The translations under genes were made by a program, and so were the position numbers. From an uncultured virus (IMG/VR IMGVR_UViG_3300006147_000010) (Duplodnaviria; Heunggongvirae; Uroviricota; Caudoviricetes), in the IMG/VR virus record IMGVR_UViG_3300006147_000010, positions 1 through 64,000 of that record: 64,000 bases of DNA; one strand, given 5' to 3'. The notes beneath the pieces were generated by a model, which saw nothing but the letters and a program-made list of their open reading frames with translations, had not been told where the DNA came from and ran no database searches. Numbering within the stretch: position 1 is the first letter of the stretch; each line of letters opens with the position of its first letter. Of this stretch, positions 19,109-28,700 are shown one piece after another.

Positions 19109-19818
19109 GCCTCGGCTATTTATATGCGCGCTCTTGTCCAATCAATGACCATATCTCGATCATGGTTCCGACTGTTGGTCAGATATGGGACAGAGAGGCG
19201 GAATACTACGGACTGATTACATCCATTATCGCAACGCCATCAGACTTTATGGTACAGCTCGATGACATAGGGATCGACTTTTCGACGATCTCTCCGTTCG
19301 AGCTTTTTTTGCTGCTCTTCAACGGGTTGAAAGGCACTGATACCAGCATAGTGTTTGGTGACCTCGACCTGTCTAAGTTCAAGACGGCAATCAACGAGCA
19401 GAACGGCAAGGTCGTTCTTGTTGACACAGAGAACGATGTCGTGATCGATAGAGCGATACATGACCAGATACGTCGTACCATCCGCAAAATCAACCACCTT
19501 GAGAATATGGACAAGAAGCCGGGCAACGAAGAAGCCAAGAAATACATGATCGAGCGTGCCCGCATGAAGCAGAGAAGGTCTGCACACAGGAAGCACAAGT
19601 CGCAGTTGGAGGATTTGATCATCGCTATGGTGAACACGGAACAGTACAAGTATGGGTACGAGGAAACTCGTGACCTAACTATCTACCAGTTCCACGCAAG
19701 TGTCTACCAGATTATCAAAAAGATCAACTACGACAATACGATGATCGGATGCTATGCTGGCACGATCAACGCGAAAGAACTGAGCCAGGACCAACTGAAC
19801 TGGCTGACATCAAAATAG
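19105..19818 (+). CDS. Hypothetical tail-module protein
   Basis: Coupled ORF; LTIYQF motif. Confidence 0.6.
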   Translation: MSLGYLYARSCPINDHISIMVPTVGQIWDREAEYYGLITSIIATPSDFMVQLDDIGIDFSTISPFELFLLLFNGLKGTDTSIVFGDLDLSKFKTAINEQNGKVVLVDTENDVVIDRAIHDQIRRTIRKINHLENMDKKPGNEEAKKYMIERARMKQRRSAHRKHKSQLEDLIIAMVNTEQYKYGYEETRDLTIYQFHASVYQIIKKINYDNTMIGCYAGTINAKELSQDQLNWLTSK

Positions 19819-19831
19819 GAGGAAGATAACT

Positions 19832-20674
19832 ATGGTTAATGTGAATGACATCACCGTTACCAGTATCGAAACGATCACCGCGTTTGATATTGGCTCAGGC
19901 GCATTCAAGTGGGTCCTGGACGAGCTGCAGAATGCGAAAATCGCCAACACCCAGGAGACCACCGACATCACCGGTAAGCAGGGGCGCCTGCTGAATACCC
20001 TGAAGAAGAACAAGGCCGTGACCGTGAGCGGCAGCAACGGTCTGATCTCCGGCGGTCTGCTTGAGACTCAGGTTGGTAACGCCTTTGAGAACAAGCTGAC
20101 CAACATCATGTACCCGGACTATCTGACCGTCACTGGCAATGAAGCGACTACGTCCTTCAAGGCCGTTGGCACCGCAGGCAATGAGATCGAGACTATCTAT
20201 ATCCGCAACGCCGACGGCACTCTGGGCAAGGCTCTGACTCAGGACACCACCGCATCCGCTGGCAAGTTTGCGTATGACCCCACCACCCGCAAGATCACCT
20301 TCTACGCCGGCGATCCTGCCGCGTCTCCCGCTGTCCCTGCCGACCTGCCTGACGGGACTGAGATCGCTGTGTACTACTTCCGCAAGATCCAGGCCAACGT
20401 GCTGGAGAATATGTCTGACCACTATTCCGAGAAGGTGTCCCTGTATATCGATGCCTTCGCTGAGGACAAGTGCGCCAACATCTACCGCGTGCAGTTCTAT
20501 ATCCCCAAGGCCGACTTCAACGGCAACTTCGACCTGGAGTTCGGCGAGAACCAGAGCGCCCATGCGTTCGAGGCCCGCTCCCTGGCGGGCAATGCGTGCA
20601 ACGGCACCGGTGGCGGCGCCGCTACCCTGTGGACTTATACCATCTTCGGCGAGAATACCGAGGACGCAGAATAA
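19832..20674 (+). CDS. Major tail tube protein
   Basis: 280 aa, strong codon bias, Thr/Gly-rich, RBS AGGAGG. Confidence 0.7.
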   Translation: MVNVNDITVTSIETITAFDIGSGAFKWVLDELQNAKIANTQETTDITGKQGRLLNTLKKNKAVTVSGSNGLISGGLLETQVGNAFENKLTNIMYPDYLTVTGNEATTSFKAVGTAGNEIETIYIRNADGTLGKALTQDTTASAGKFAYDPTTRKITFYAGDPAASPAVPADLPDGTEIAVYYFRKIQANVLENMSDHYSEKVSLYIDAFAEDKCANIYRVQFYIPKADFNGNFDLEFGENQSAHAFEARSLAGNACNGTGGGAATLWTYTIFGENTEDAE

Positions 20675-20691
20675 TCTGAGAGGTGGTCGCA

Positions 20692-20970
20692 ATGCCGAAA
20701 CAGACGAAAGAGTGCCGCGTTTGCGGCAAGACGTATGAGTCCTGTCGAAGCATCAAGACCGGCAGCAGCGCATTCAACTGGAGAGAGATGTGCTGTTCTC
20801 CTGAGTGCGGTCAGATTTACTTCCAGCGCGTCCAGGAGGCCCGTAATCCGCTTCCTAAGACGAAGGCCAAGAAAGTACATACCCCGCGCAAAGGTGCCGT
20901 TGTGGAGGCTCCTACGGCCTCTGAAGATGGTTCGGCAGAACAGCCCGCTGAGGTAGCGGACGAAACATAA
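20692..20970 (+). CDS. Small zinc-finger protein
   Basis: CRVCGK..C...CCSPEC motif. Confidence 0.65.
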   Translation: MPKQTKECRVCGKTYESCRSIKTGSSAFNWREMCCSPECGQIYFQRVQEARNPLPKTKAKKVHTPRKGAVVEAPTASEDGSAEQPAEVADET

Positions 20971-20977
20971 TTCAAAG

Positions 20978-21016
20978 GGGGAGGAGGAGAAACTTTATTC
21001 TCCCCTCCCCGTTTTT
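20978..21016 (+). terminator. Intrinsic terminator-like hairpin
   Basis: GGGGAGGAGGAGAA/TTCTCCCCTCCCC then TTTTT. Confidence 0.65.
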
Positions 21017-21029
21017 GTGTGGTGAAAAC

Positions 21030-21587
21030 ATGAATATCCTCGCAATCGACCAGGCGCGTAACGGTGCTTGGTCTGTTTACAATTACGAAAAAGGTGAGCT
21101 GATCGGCTATGGTACTTACGAGTTCCCGCTTGAGAAGTATACCTATGCCAAGGCTATCATGCACATAAAAGAGTTAATCTATGCTGTCATGAAAGCGTAC
21201 GACGTTGAGGCTGTCTTCGTGGAGGATATCCAGATGCGCGCATCGGTATCTTCGTTCAAGAAGCTGGCTCAACTGCAGGGCGTCCTCGTGAACCTCTTTG
21301 AGGAGAACGAATACTTGTATGGCTATATCGCCCCGTCTCAATGGCAGAACTTTTGTAAGGCGCGTGGGCGCAACACAAAAGAGAAGAATGCCCGCATTAT
21401 TGAGCTGGAACATTCCGGGAAGAAGCAATCAAAGATTCTGTCCATCCAGTTTGTCAAGGATCAATTCGGAATCGATACGGACAATGATGATTTGGCTGAT
21501 GCAATCTGTCAGGGGTACTATATCGTGAACGCGGTAGAGATTCTGAAAACAGATAAATCTGTTAAGAAACGCGGCGAAAAGAAGTAA
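21030..21587 (+). CDS. RuvC-like Holliday junction resolvase
   Basis: ILAIDQ, VFVED, LAQLQGVL, PSQW, DDLADAI acidic motifs. Confidence 0.8.
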   Translation: MNILAIDQARNGAWSVYNYEKGELIGYGTYEFPLEKYTYAKAIMHIKELIYAVMKAYDVEAVFVEDIQMRASVSSFKKLAQLQGVLVNLFEENEYLYGYIAPSQWQNFCKARGRNTKEKNARIIELEHSGKKQSKILSIQFVKDQFGIDTDNDDLADAICQGYYIVNAVEILKTDKSVKKRGEKK

Positions 21588-21599
21588 AGGAGAATTAAA

Positions 21600-22262
21600 A
21601 TGAGCAAGAAATCCAACAAAATCTCTGTCAATAAGCTGGAGTCCACAATGCAGAACAATGTGGTGTCCATCCCGATGGCAGGCTATGAGGATATTGAGAT
21701 TGTGGTGCGGCGTGTGCTTCCTCTGCGCGATGTGATGCAGTTCGTGGAAGACGTGGTGTCGTCATGCGTTGACCGGGGCACCGGCAGCTACATCCCCGAG
21801 GTTCAGGCGTTTGCAACACGCGCCTGCGTCCTGACGCAGTATGCGAACTTCACATTGCCGAAGGACAGCGAGAAGCAGTATGACCTCGTGTATAACACCA
21901 GCGCGTTCCATCAGGTGATGGATGTCATTGACCGCGCACAGTACGACGAGATCCTGTACTCCATCAACGAGCGCATCAAGCATGAGGTGGCGATGATGGA
22001 GAGTTCTATGGCGGCTCAGATCGCTGATATCACTGCGAAGCTCGATCACTTCGTGGAGACCAGTGAGGCCATGTTCGGTTCCGTGAGTGACAAGGACATG
22101 TCTGCTCTTATCCATGGTCTTGCGAACGGCGGGCGGTTGGATGAGAAGAAAATCGTAGACGCCGTGATGGATGCGCGCCGGCAGGAAAATGCTGCAGAGC
22201 ATGAAGACCCTGTGGTCTCATCCGACGGAGAAGTGATTACGCTCCGCAAAAAGAGAGGCTGA
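21600..22262 (+). CDS. Putative tail assembly chaperone
   Basis: Position between tail tube and tape measure. Confidence 0.5.
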   Translation: MSKKSNKISVNKLESTMQNNVVSIPMAGYEDIEIVVRRVLPLRDVMQFVEDVVSSCVDRGTGSYIPEVQAFATRACVLTQYANFTLPKDSEKQYDLVYNTSAFHQVMDVIDRAQYDEILYSINERIKHEVAMMESSMAAQIADITAKLDHFVETSEAMFGSVSDKDMSALIHGLANGGRLDEKKIVDAVMDARRQENAAEHEDPVVSSDGEVITLRKKRG

Positions 22263-22267
22263 TTACT

Positions 22268-22723
22268 ATGCCAGACTATGATAACTGGGAGGAACTTTGC
22301 GAAGCTGCGCAGGGTAGATGTAAAGATATCCTGAACAGAGATGTCGCGCCTGTTGCCATCCAAATCGTGAAGAAGCATATCCAGAAGGACATCTATGATG
22401 CGTATACGCCAATCACTGGCGGATGGGTAAACGGGACAACATACAGCCGGCGCCATGTGCTGGAAGGTTCTGTGTATCACACCTTCATTCACGACGATGA
22501 AATCATGGTGACAAGCAACGCGACGGCATCCAAGTCTGTGGTGAAGGGATATAGCTTCCATAATCGCAGGCCAGGTTCCTTCCTCCAATTATTGGAGTCT
22601 GGTCATATGGGTATTTGGAGGCACGGGTTCCCGCGCCCAGCGATCGGGAACGCACAAAGTGAGATCGACCGAAGCTCGGCTATCCGCTCAGCTATACAGG
22701 CTGGTCTCGACAGATACTTTTAA
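22268..22723 (+). CDS. Putative tail-completion (HK97 gp10-like) protein
   Basis: Y.P..Y.RR..L motif, LLESG, PRP near C-terminus. Confidence 0.5.
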   Translation: MPDYDNWEELCEAAQGRCKDILNRDVAPVAIQIVKKHIQKDIYDAYTPITGGWVNGTTYSRRHVLEGSVYHTFIHDDEIMVTSNATASKSVVKGYSFHNRRPGSFLQLLESGHMGIWRHGFPRPAIGNAQSEIDRSSAIRSAIQAGLDRYF

Positions 22724-22727
22724 TTCT

Positions 22728-22757
22728 GACGGACTGGGTTTATCCCGGTCCGTTTTT
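22728..22757 (+). terminator. Intrinsic terminator-like hairpin
   Basis: GACGGACTGGG/CCCGGTCCGTT followed by a T-run. Confidence 0.6.
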
Positions 22758-22774
22758 CAAGGGACGGTGAAAAA

Positions 22775-25700
22775 ATGGCAGGTTATGGGTTTGGTGCAAA
22801 GGTAAAACTTACTGTTGACAGGTCGAGGAAGGCCGAGTTCAACAAGCAGATCAGTGACATGGTCGGTCAGATCAAAGTCAGCAATAAGTTTACGGTTCTG
22901 CAAAAGGACATGGACCGTGTGCGCAGAGAAGCGCAAGCCATGCTGAACAGCAATCCGCTGACTTTGAAGGTGAACAAGATTGACTGTTCTGCCGCCGTGA
23001 ATGATGTAAAGAGACAGCTCCAGACAATGCTCAGCGCTCTGAGTGTATCAAATGGAGTGAACATCACAGGGCTCAAAGACTTCATCGGGACTGACGGTAT
23101 GGACGCCGCTATGCGTAATACTGCGGACGCCGCAAATGCTGCTGTCGCGAAGATGAACGAAGCGCAGGCCGCTACGGCGAGACTGTCCGGTCAGATGGAA
23201 GTCCTGAACACTATTGCGAAGAGTGTAGCATCTACATACAAACGCGGCACTACCGGCAATGGGATGATTGCAGATGAAGCAGAAGTCCAGAGGATTACTG
23301 CCGCGTATAACACATGGATACAGAAAGTCAGAGAAGCTCAGGCTACTCGTTCTGGTGATATCGAGGCTCTCCAGCAGGAGGGTCTTGCCATTCAGAGGAA
23401 TATCACTGCACTCCAGAATAAGCAGACCGAGGAGCGCCGCGCGCAAGCCGCCGCAGAGAAAGCAGCCAGGGCCGCAGAGTCCGCTGCTGAAAGAGCGGCA
23501 GCCGCGAATGAGAGTGAAGTCGCCTCCTTGAAACAGGTGTCCTCACTGCAGGAGCGCATGGCGAGATTCCTGAGATCCAACAGCCGTGTCTCTGTCTCCG
23601 ATTTTGGTACACAGATACGCACCATGCTCATGGAACTGAACTCTGGTTCTACGATTACAACAGAGCGGTTGCGTGAGATGGAGGGCGCCTTTGTCAATAT
23701 CAGGTCGCAGGCGCTGCAGACCGGTGTTGTTGGGCGCACAGTCTTTGATTCTCTGCGCAGGGCGTATGAGAAGTTTGGCGGGTGGATGCTGATCACCCGG
23801 AGCCTGACTGCTGCAATCCACACTATCAAGAATATGATCTCAAGCGTCAGGGAGATCGACGGCGCGTTAACGCAGCTCAAGATCGTCACTGGCGCTACAG
23901 ACGAACAGCTTACCGCATTCCTCCAGAATGCTACCGTGTTGGCGAAGGATCTCGGTCAAAGCATTAAAGATGTGCTTGGCTCCATCGAGACATTCAGCCG
24001 ACTGGGCTACAATTTGGTTGACGCATCTGAGCTCGCGGAGTATGCGACAATTCTTTCCAACGTCGCTGCGGTGGACACAGAAGCTGCAACGACTGGTCTG
24101 ACCTCAATCATCAAAGGCTACAACATGAATGTGGCTGAGGCAGAGCATGTGGCTGATGTTTTGGTGCAGGTCGGTCAGAAATACGCGGTTTCCGCCAGTG
24201 AAATGATGGAGGCTTATGAGAAGTCCGGTGCCGCCCTGAATGCGGCGAACACCAGCTTCGAGAAGTCAGCCGGTCTGATTGCCGCTGCGAATGCTTCTGT
24301 CCAGAACGCATCCACAGTTGGTACAGCTTTGAAGACGGTCTCCGCCCGTATCCGTGGAGCGAAGTCAGATCTTGAAGCTCTTGGAGAAGAGACCCATGAT
24401 CTTGCGCAAGGGTTCTCCAAGTATGCGGAAGAGATCAAGGCGCTGACCGGATTTGATATTATGGTGGAAGGAACCACCGACACCTATAAAGATATTTACG
24501 ATATCTTTGAGGGAATCGCAAAGGTATGGGACAAGCTGTCTGATACGCAGCAGGCCCGTGTGTCAGAGATCCTTGGTGGTACGAGACAACTCCAGGTTAT
24601 CTCGTCCATCCTTGGTAACTGGAAAGATGCTGCCGGCGCCTACTCAGATGCAATGACATCTGCCGGTACAGCTACACAGGCCAACGCGACGTACATGGAA
24701 TCTATCAACGGTAAGATCGGTACGTTCAATGCGACATTCCAGGAACTCAGCACCAATATATTCAGCTCTGGTCTGGTAGAGTTCTTCGTCGAACTCGGTA
24801 CGGCGATTCTGTCTGCGCTCAATGCGCTTGCGAAGATCAACCTCTTGCTGCCGGCAATCATATCCATGGTGGTTGCTATCAATGGTATCAGAGCTGGTCT
24901 CGCTGCAATGCGCAGCGCAACTGCTGCTGCGGAAACTGCATCTACGATCAATACGATTGTGGCAAAGCTCGTGGCGGAAAAGACCGCGACGGATGCTCTG
25001 GCGGTTTCCATTGCAAATCTTACAATCGCCGAGAAGGCAGAGTTAGCCACAAAGATCCAAGCTGCTGTTGCAAGCGGGTCGCTGACTGCTGCACAGGGAG
25101 AACAGATCCTCACAACGCTTGGGCTTGCCGGGGCAGAGGGTACTCTCACTGGCGCCAACGTGACGCTCGCTGCGAGCTTCAAGGCTCTTATGGCATCCAT
25201 CCCCGTGTGGGGCTGGATCGCGCTTGGTATCACTGCTGTTATCACGGCTGTCACCGCTCTTGCTAACGGTTATAAGAGCAGCGAAGAACGGCTCGCAGAA
25301 CTGAACGAGGAGCACAATGAACTGATCCGTAGTGTCAGGACAGCCGAGAGCGAGTTCAGGAGTCTGCGTGATTCCGCGGACGATGTGATCCCAAGGTTCG
25401 CTGAGCTTGCCAAGGGTGTGAACCAGTTTGGTGAGAACGTAAGTCTGACAGACGAGGAGTACCAAGAGTTCCTGTCTCTCAACAACCGTATCGCGGAGAT
25501 GTTCCCTGAACTTAACCTCGGTATGGACAGCAACGGGAATGCAATGCTCGCTCTGTCTTATTCCGCAGATACTCTTACTGAGTCTCTGTATGCGCTCGTA
25601 GAGGCTCAGCGTCAGGCCGCTGCTGCAGAAATTGCCGAGAAGATTCCAGAAGAACTCGAAAATATTAAAGCGGCTGAGAAAGAATACGAGAAGCAGATCC

Positions 25701-28700
25701 GGCGCGCAAAGGATGTCAAGGACGTGTGGGAGGATGTCTATGATGATATCGTTAATCAAGAACTCCCAACCAACATCGGAAGATACTCGACGCTTGAGGC
25801 CGGACAGCAAGCAGCCCTCGATTTCATTGAGAAGGCACAGCGCCTTGGTATGCATGGCGATGTTATGGTGGACAACCAGAACACCACCAACAACGGTTAT
25901 GTATTCACGGTTGAATGGAACTACGATGCTATCAGCCTGCAGAACGCCAAGGCCGCGCTTGACTCCATCATCGCTGGTCAGGATAGCGTAATCAACAATT
26001 ACGAGAATCTGATCAATGCGAGATGGGAAGGTCTCAATAATATCGTTAGCTACTGGGCTGAAACGAACTTCCTGTATAACGATCTGAATGGTCAGATGCG
26101 GAATATCGCAAAGACCATGATCAGCGGGATAGACTTTGCATCGCTTGGTCTGGATACGGAAGAGAAGGTACATAACTATGTTGAGGACTACATCCTTCGT
26201 CCTCTGTTCCTCGCTTCCCCAGAAGTTAAAACGGCCTTTGAGAATCTTTTCGATCTCCAGGGTTCTCTGAAAAATGGGGATATCACACCAGAAGATTTCC
26301 AGGAACAAGTCAAGCAGATGTTCGATGGACTCTATGAGTCTGTCGATGCAGATAAGCAAGATGATTTTGTCAAAGCATTCGTTGCTGGATTCAATGCAAT
26401 GGGCATTGCCGGCGATGACTTCAACTCTGTCGTAGAGGGTATCGCAGACAACTGGGGTACTGTGACCGGTGCAATGTCAGGCGGCAATGCACTCAGCAAT
26501 GTTTCTGATCTTGCTGAGGGGATATCAGAGCTGCAGAAAGCATACAGCCTGCTGGAAACTGCGCAGAAGGAGATGCTGAATGGAGGCTTGTCCGCTGATA
26601 CGATTGCAAGCCTTGCTGATGCAACAGACGATTACCTTGACTACCTCTACGAAGAGAATGGCGTTGTAAAGCTCAACACTGAAGCGTGGAAAGAAAATGC
26701 CAATGCAAAGATGCAGAGCTCTATGGCGGACATCCAGAATGAAATCGATCTTCTGAATGAACGGAACGCGGCCCTCGCAGAGACATTAGAAGTCTATCAA
26801 ACGAACAAGCACGCAAGTGCCGGCGATAGCTCAATGACTGCTGTGTGGGATGATAAGATCCGTGAAGTCAATGAGGAGATCGAAGCGAACACAATCGCTA
26901 TCGGTGCAAACCAAGCCAAGCTCGCGCTTTACAGCGCTCTGTACGGCAATATCACCGGTGACCTGGATGCCTATACGGCAGCTCTGAGGAATTTCTCCAA
27001 TATCGCTTCAACGATAGATTCCGTAAGCAACTCCTTCCAGACGCTTGCAGATTTGCAGGCTGAGGTGGCGGACGGGTTCACCCTGTCCCTGGATAAGGCG
27101 CTGGAGTTTGCGAAGGTATATCCTGAGATTCTCAACAATGCACAGGTATCTGCAGATGGGCAGATCATTCTCAACCAAGATGTTGTGAACTCTTTCCTTC
27201 AGGGGAAGAAGGCGGAGCTTGACGCTCAGATTGACGCCCAGATTGCAGAGCTTGAAGCAGACAAGTTGGTACTGCAAGCCAAGATGGAGGCCGCTCAGGC
27301 TCAGCTTGAACTGGCTAAGAATGTTGGTGAGGGCGAAGGCCAGGTAGCCAAAGAGGTTGCAGAATATCGTATCAGGGCGTCCAACGAGATGGTGCAGGCG
27401 CTTATCGATAACGGTATCGATGAGGCTGAAGCATTCAAGCTGGCAGCTCAGGCTATGTCGCTCAACGCGGAGGAGTTCGACCGCGTTGCGAAAGAAGTAT
27501 GCACCGATGTTGACGGTAACTTTAATAACGCCGCTTATAATGCCGCGATGGGTATCTATGAGAACATGGAGCGTGCGAAGACAGATATCAACTCTGTCAC
27601 GAAGCAAGCTCATGAGGCCGCGAAGGCTGTTAGCGGTATCGGGAAAGGTGTAGTCTCCGGCGTAGTCGGTAAGATGCTTGGCTCTGGCGGTGGCAAAAAT
27701 CGCAAAGGCATTGAAACGAATGTCACAAGCGGCGAGTTCAATGGGTTTGATTACGACTTTGATTTCAAAGGCGCTTCGCTGGATGATTTCATCACACAGG
27801 TTGAGCTCGATATATCAACGTACGAAAAAGCAATATCTCAGATCGATGGGCAGATTGCGGCGCTTAAGGCGTTGAAAGATTTGCCGCTTAAAACTTTTGA
27901 AAGCACTGGTAAGAATACATCTGGAAGTTCCCCTGATGCTTCTGAGGTTGAAGAGTATATTGCATCCATCGACGAATATCGCGAGGCCATTGAACGGCTC
28001 CGCAAAGCCCAAGAGAATGTGTCGAACCTTGAGACGCAGATCGAAGACGCCGGCAGTTACGAGAAGAAGATCGAACTGCAGAAGCAGTTGATCGAGGCGT
28101 ATAAGGAGGAACAGGCCGCTCTCCATAATCTTAACAACCAGCGGGATGGTACGATTGCGTCAAGCATCGACTATCTCCGTGAGTTAGGGTTCGCCGTTGA
28201 ATATAACGCTGACACGAACGAGCTGTGGATCAGTAACCTGGAACACCTCAATGAACTGCAGGCTGATTCCAAAGGGAAGTACAAGTCGATGCAGGAAGCC
28301 ACAAACGCTCTGCGAAAAGAAACAGAGAGTTTGATCAACAGCATCGAGGATCTGAACGAGGCAAATCGTGAAGGTTCTACTACATGGCTTGAGGTGCGTG
28401 ACAGAATCTACGAGACCATGATAGCTATGCACGAGAACGCTATCAAGACCAATGAGAACTCTATCACGCTGACAGAGAACCGGATGGACAAGGCTATGGA
28501 CGATGGCTTTATCCAAGGTGTTTCTGGATATTCCAACGATATCGTTTCCTTCTATCGGCAGATGCAGGAAGCCGTCCATAGTGAAGCGGAAATATACCGC
28601 GCGTGGGGGTACGCCGAAAACAGCGATGAGATTACCAAGCTCAGTGAGCTGTGGTGGCAGTATGAGAAGGACATCAATGATGTGCGCGATAGGGTCGTTG

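Noticed and set aside
21600..22723. Programmed -1 frameshift in tail chaperones
   Set aside because: No convincing slippery heptamer at the junction, and the second gene has its own RBS and ATG
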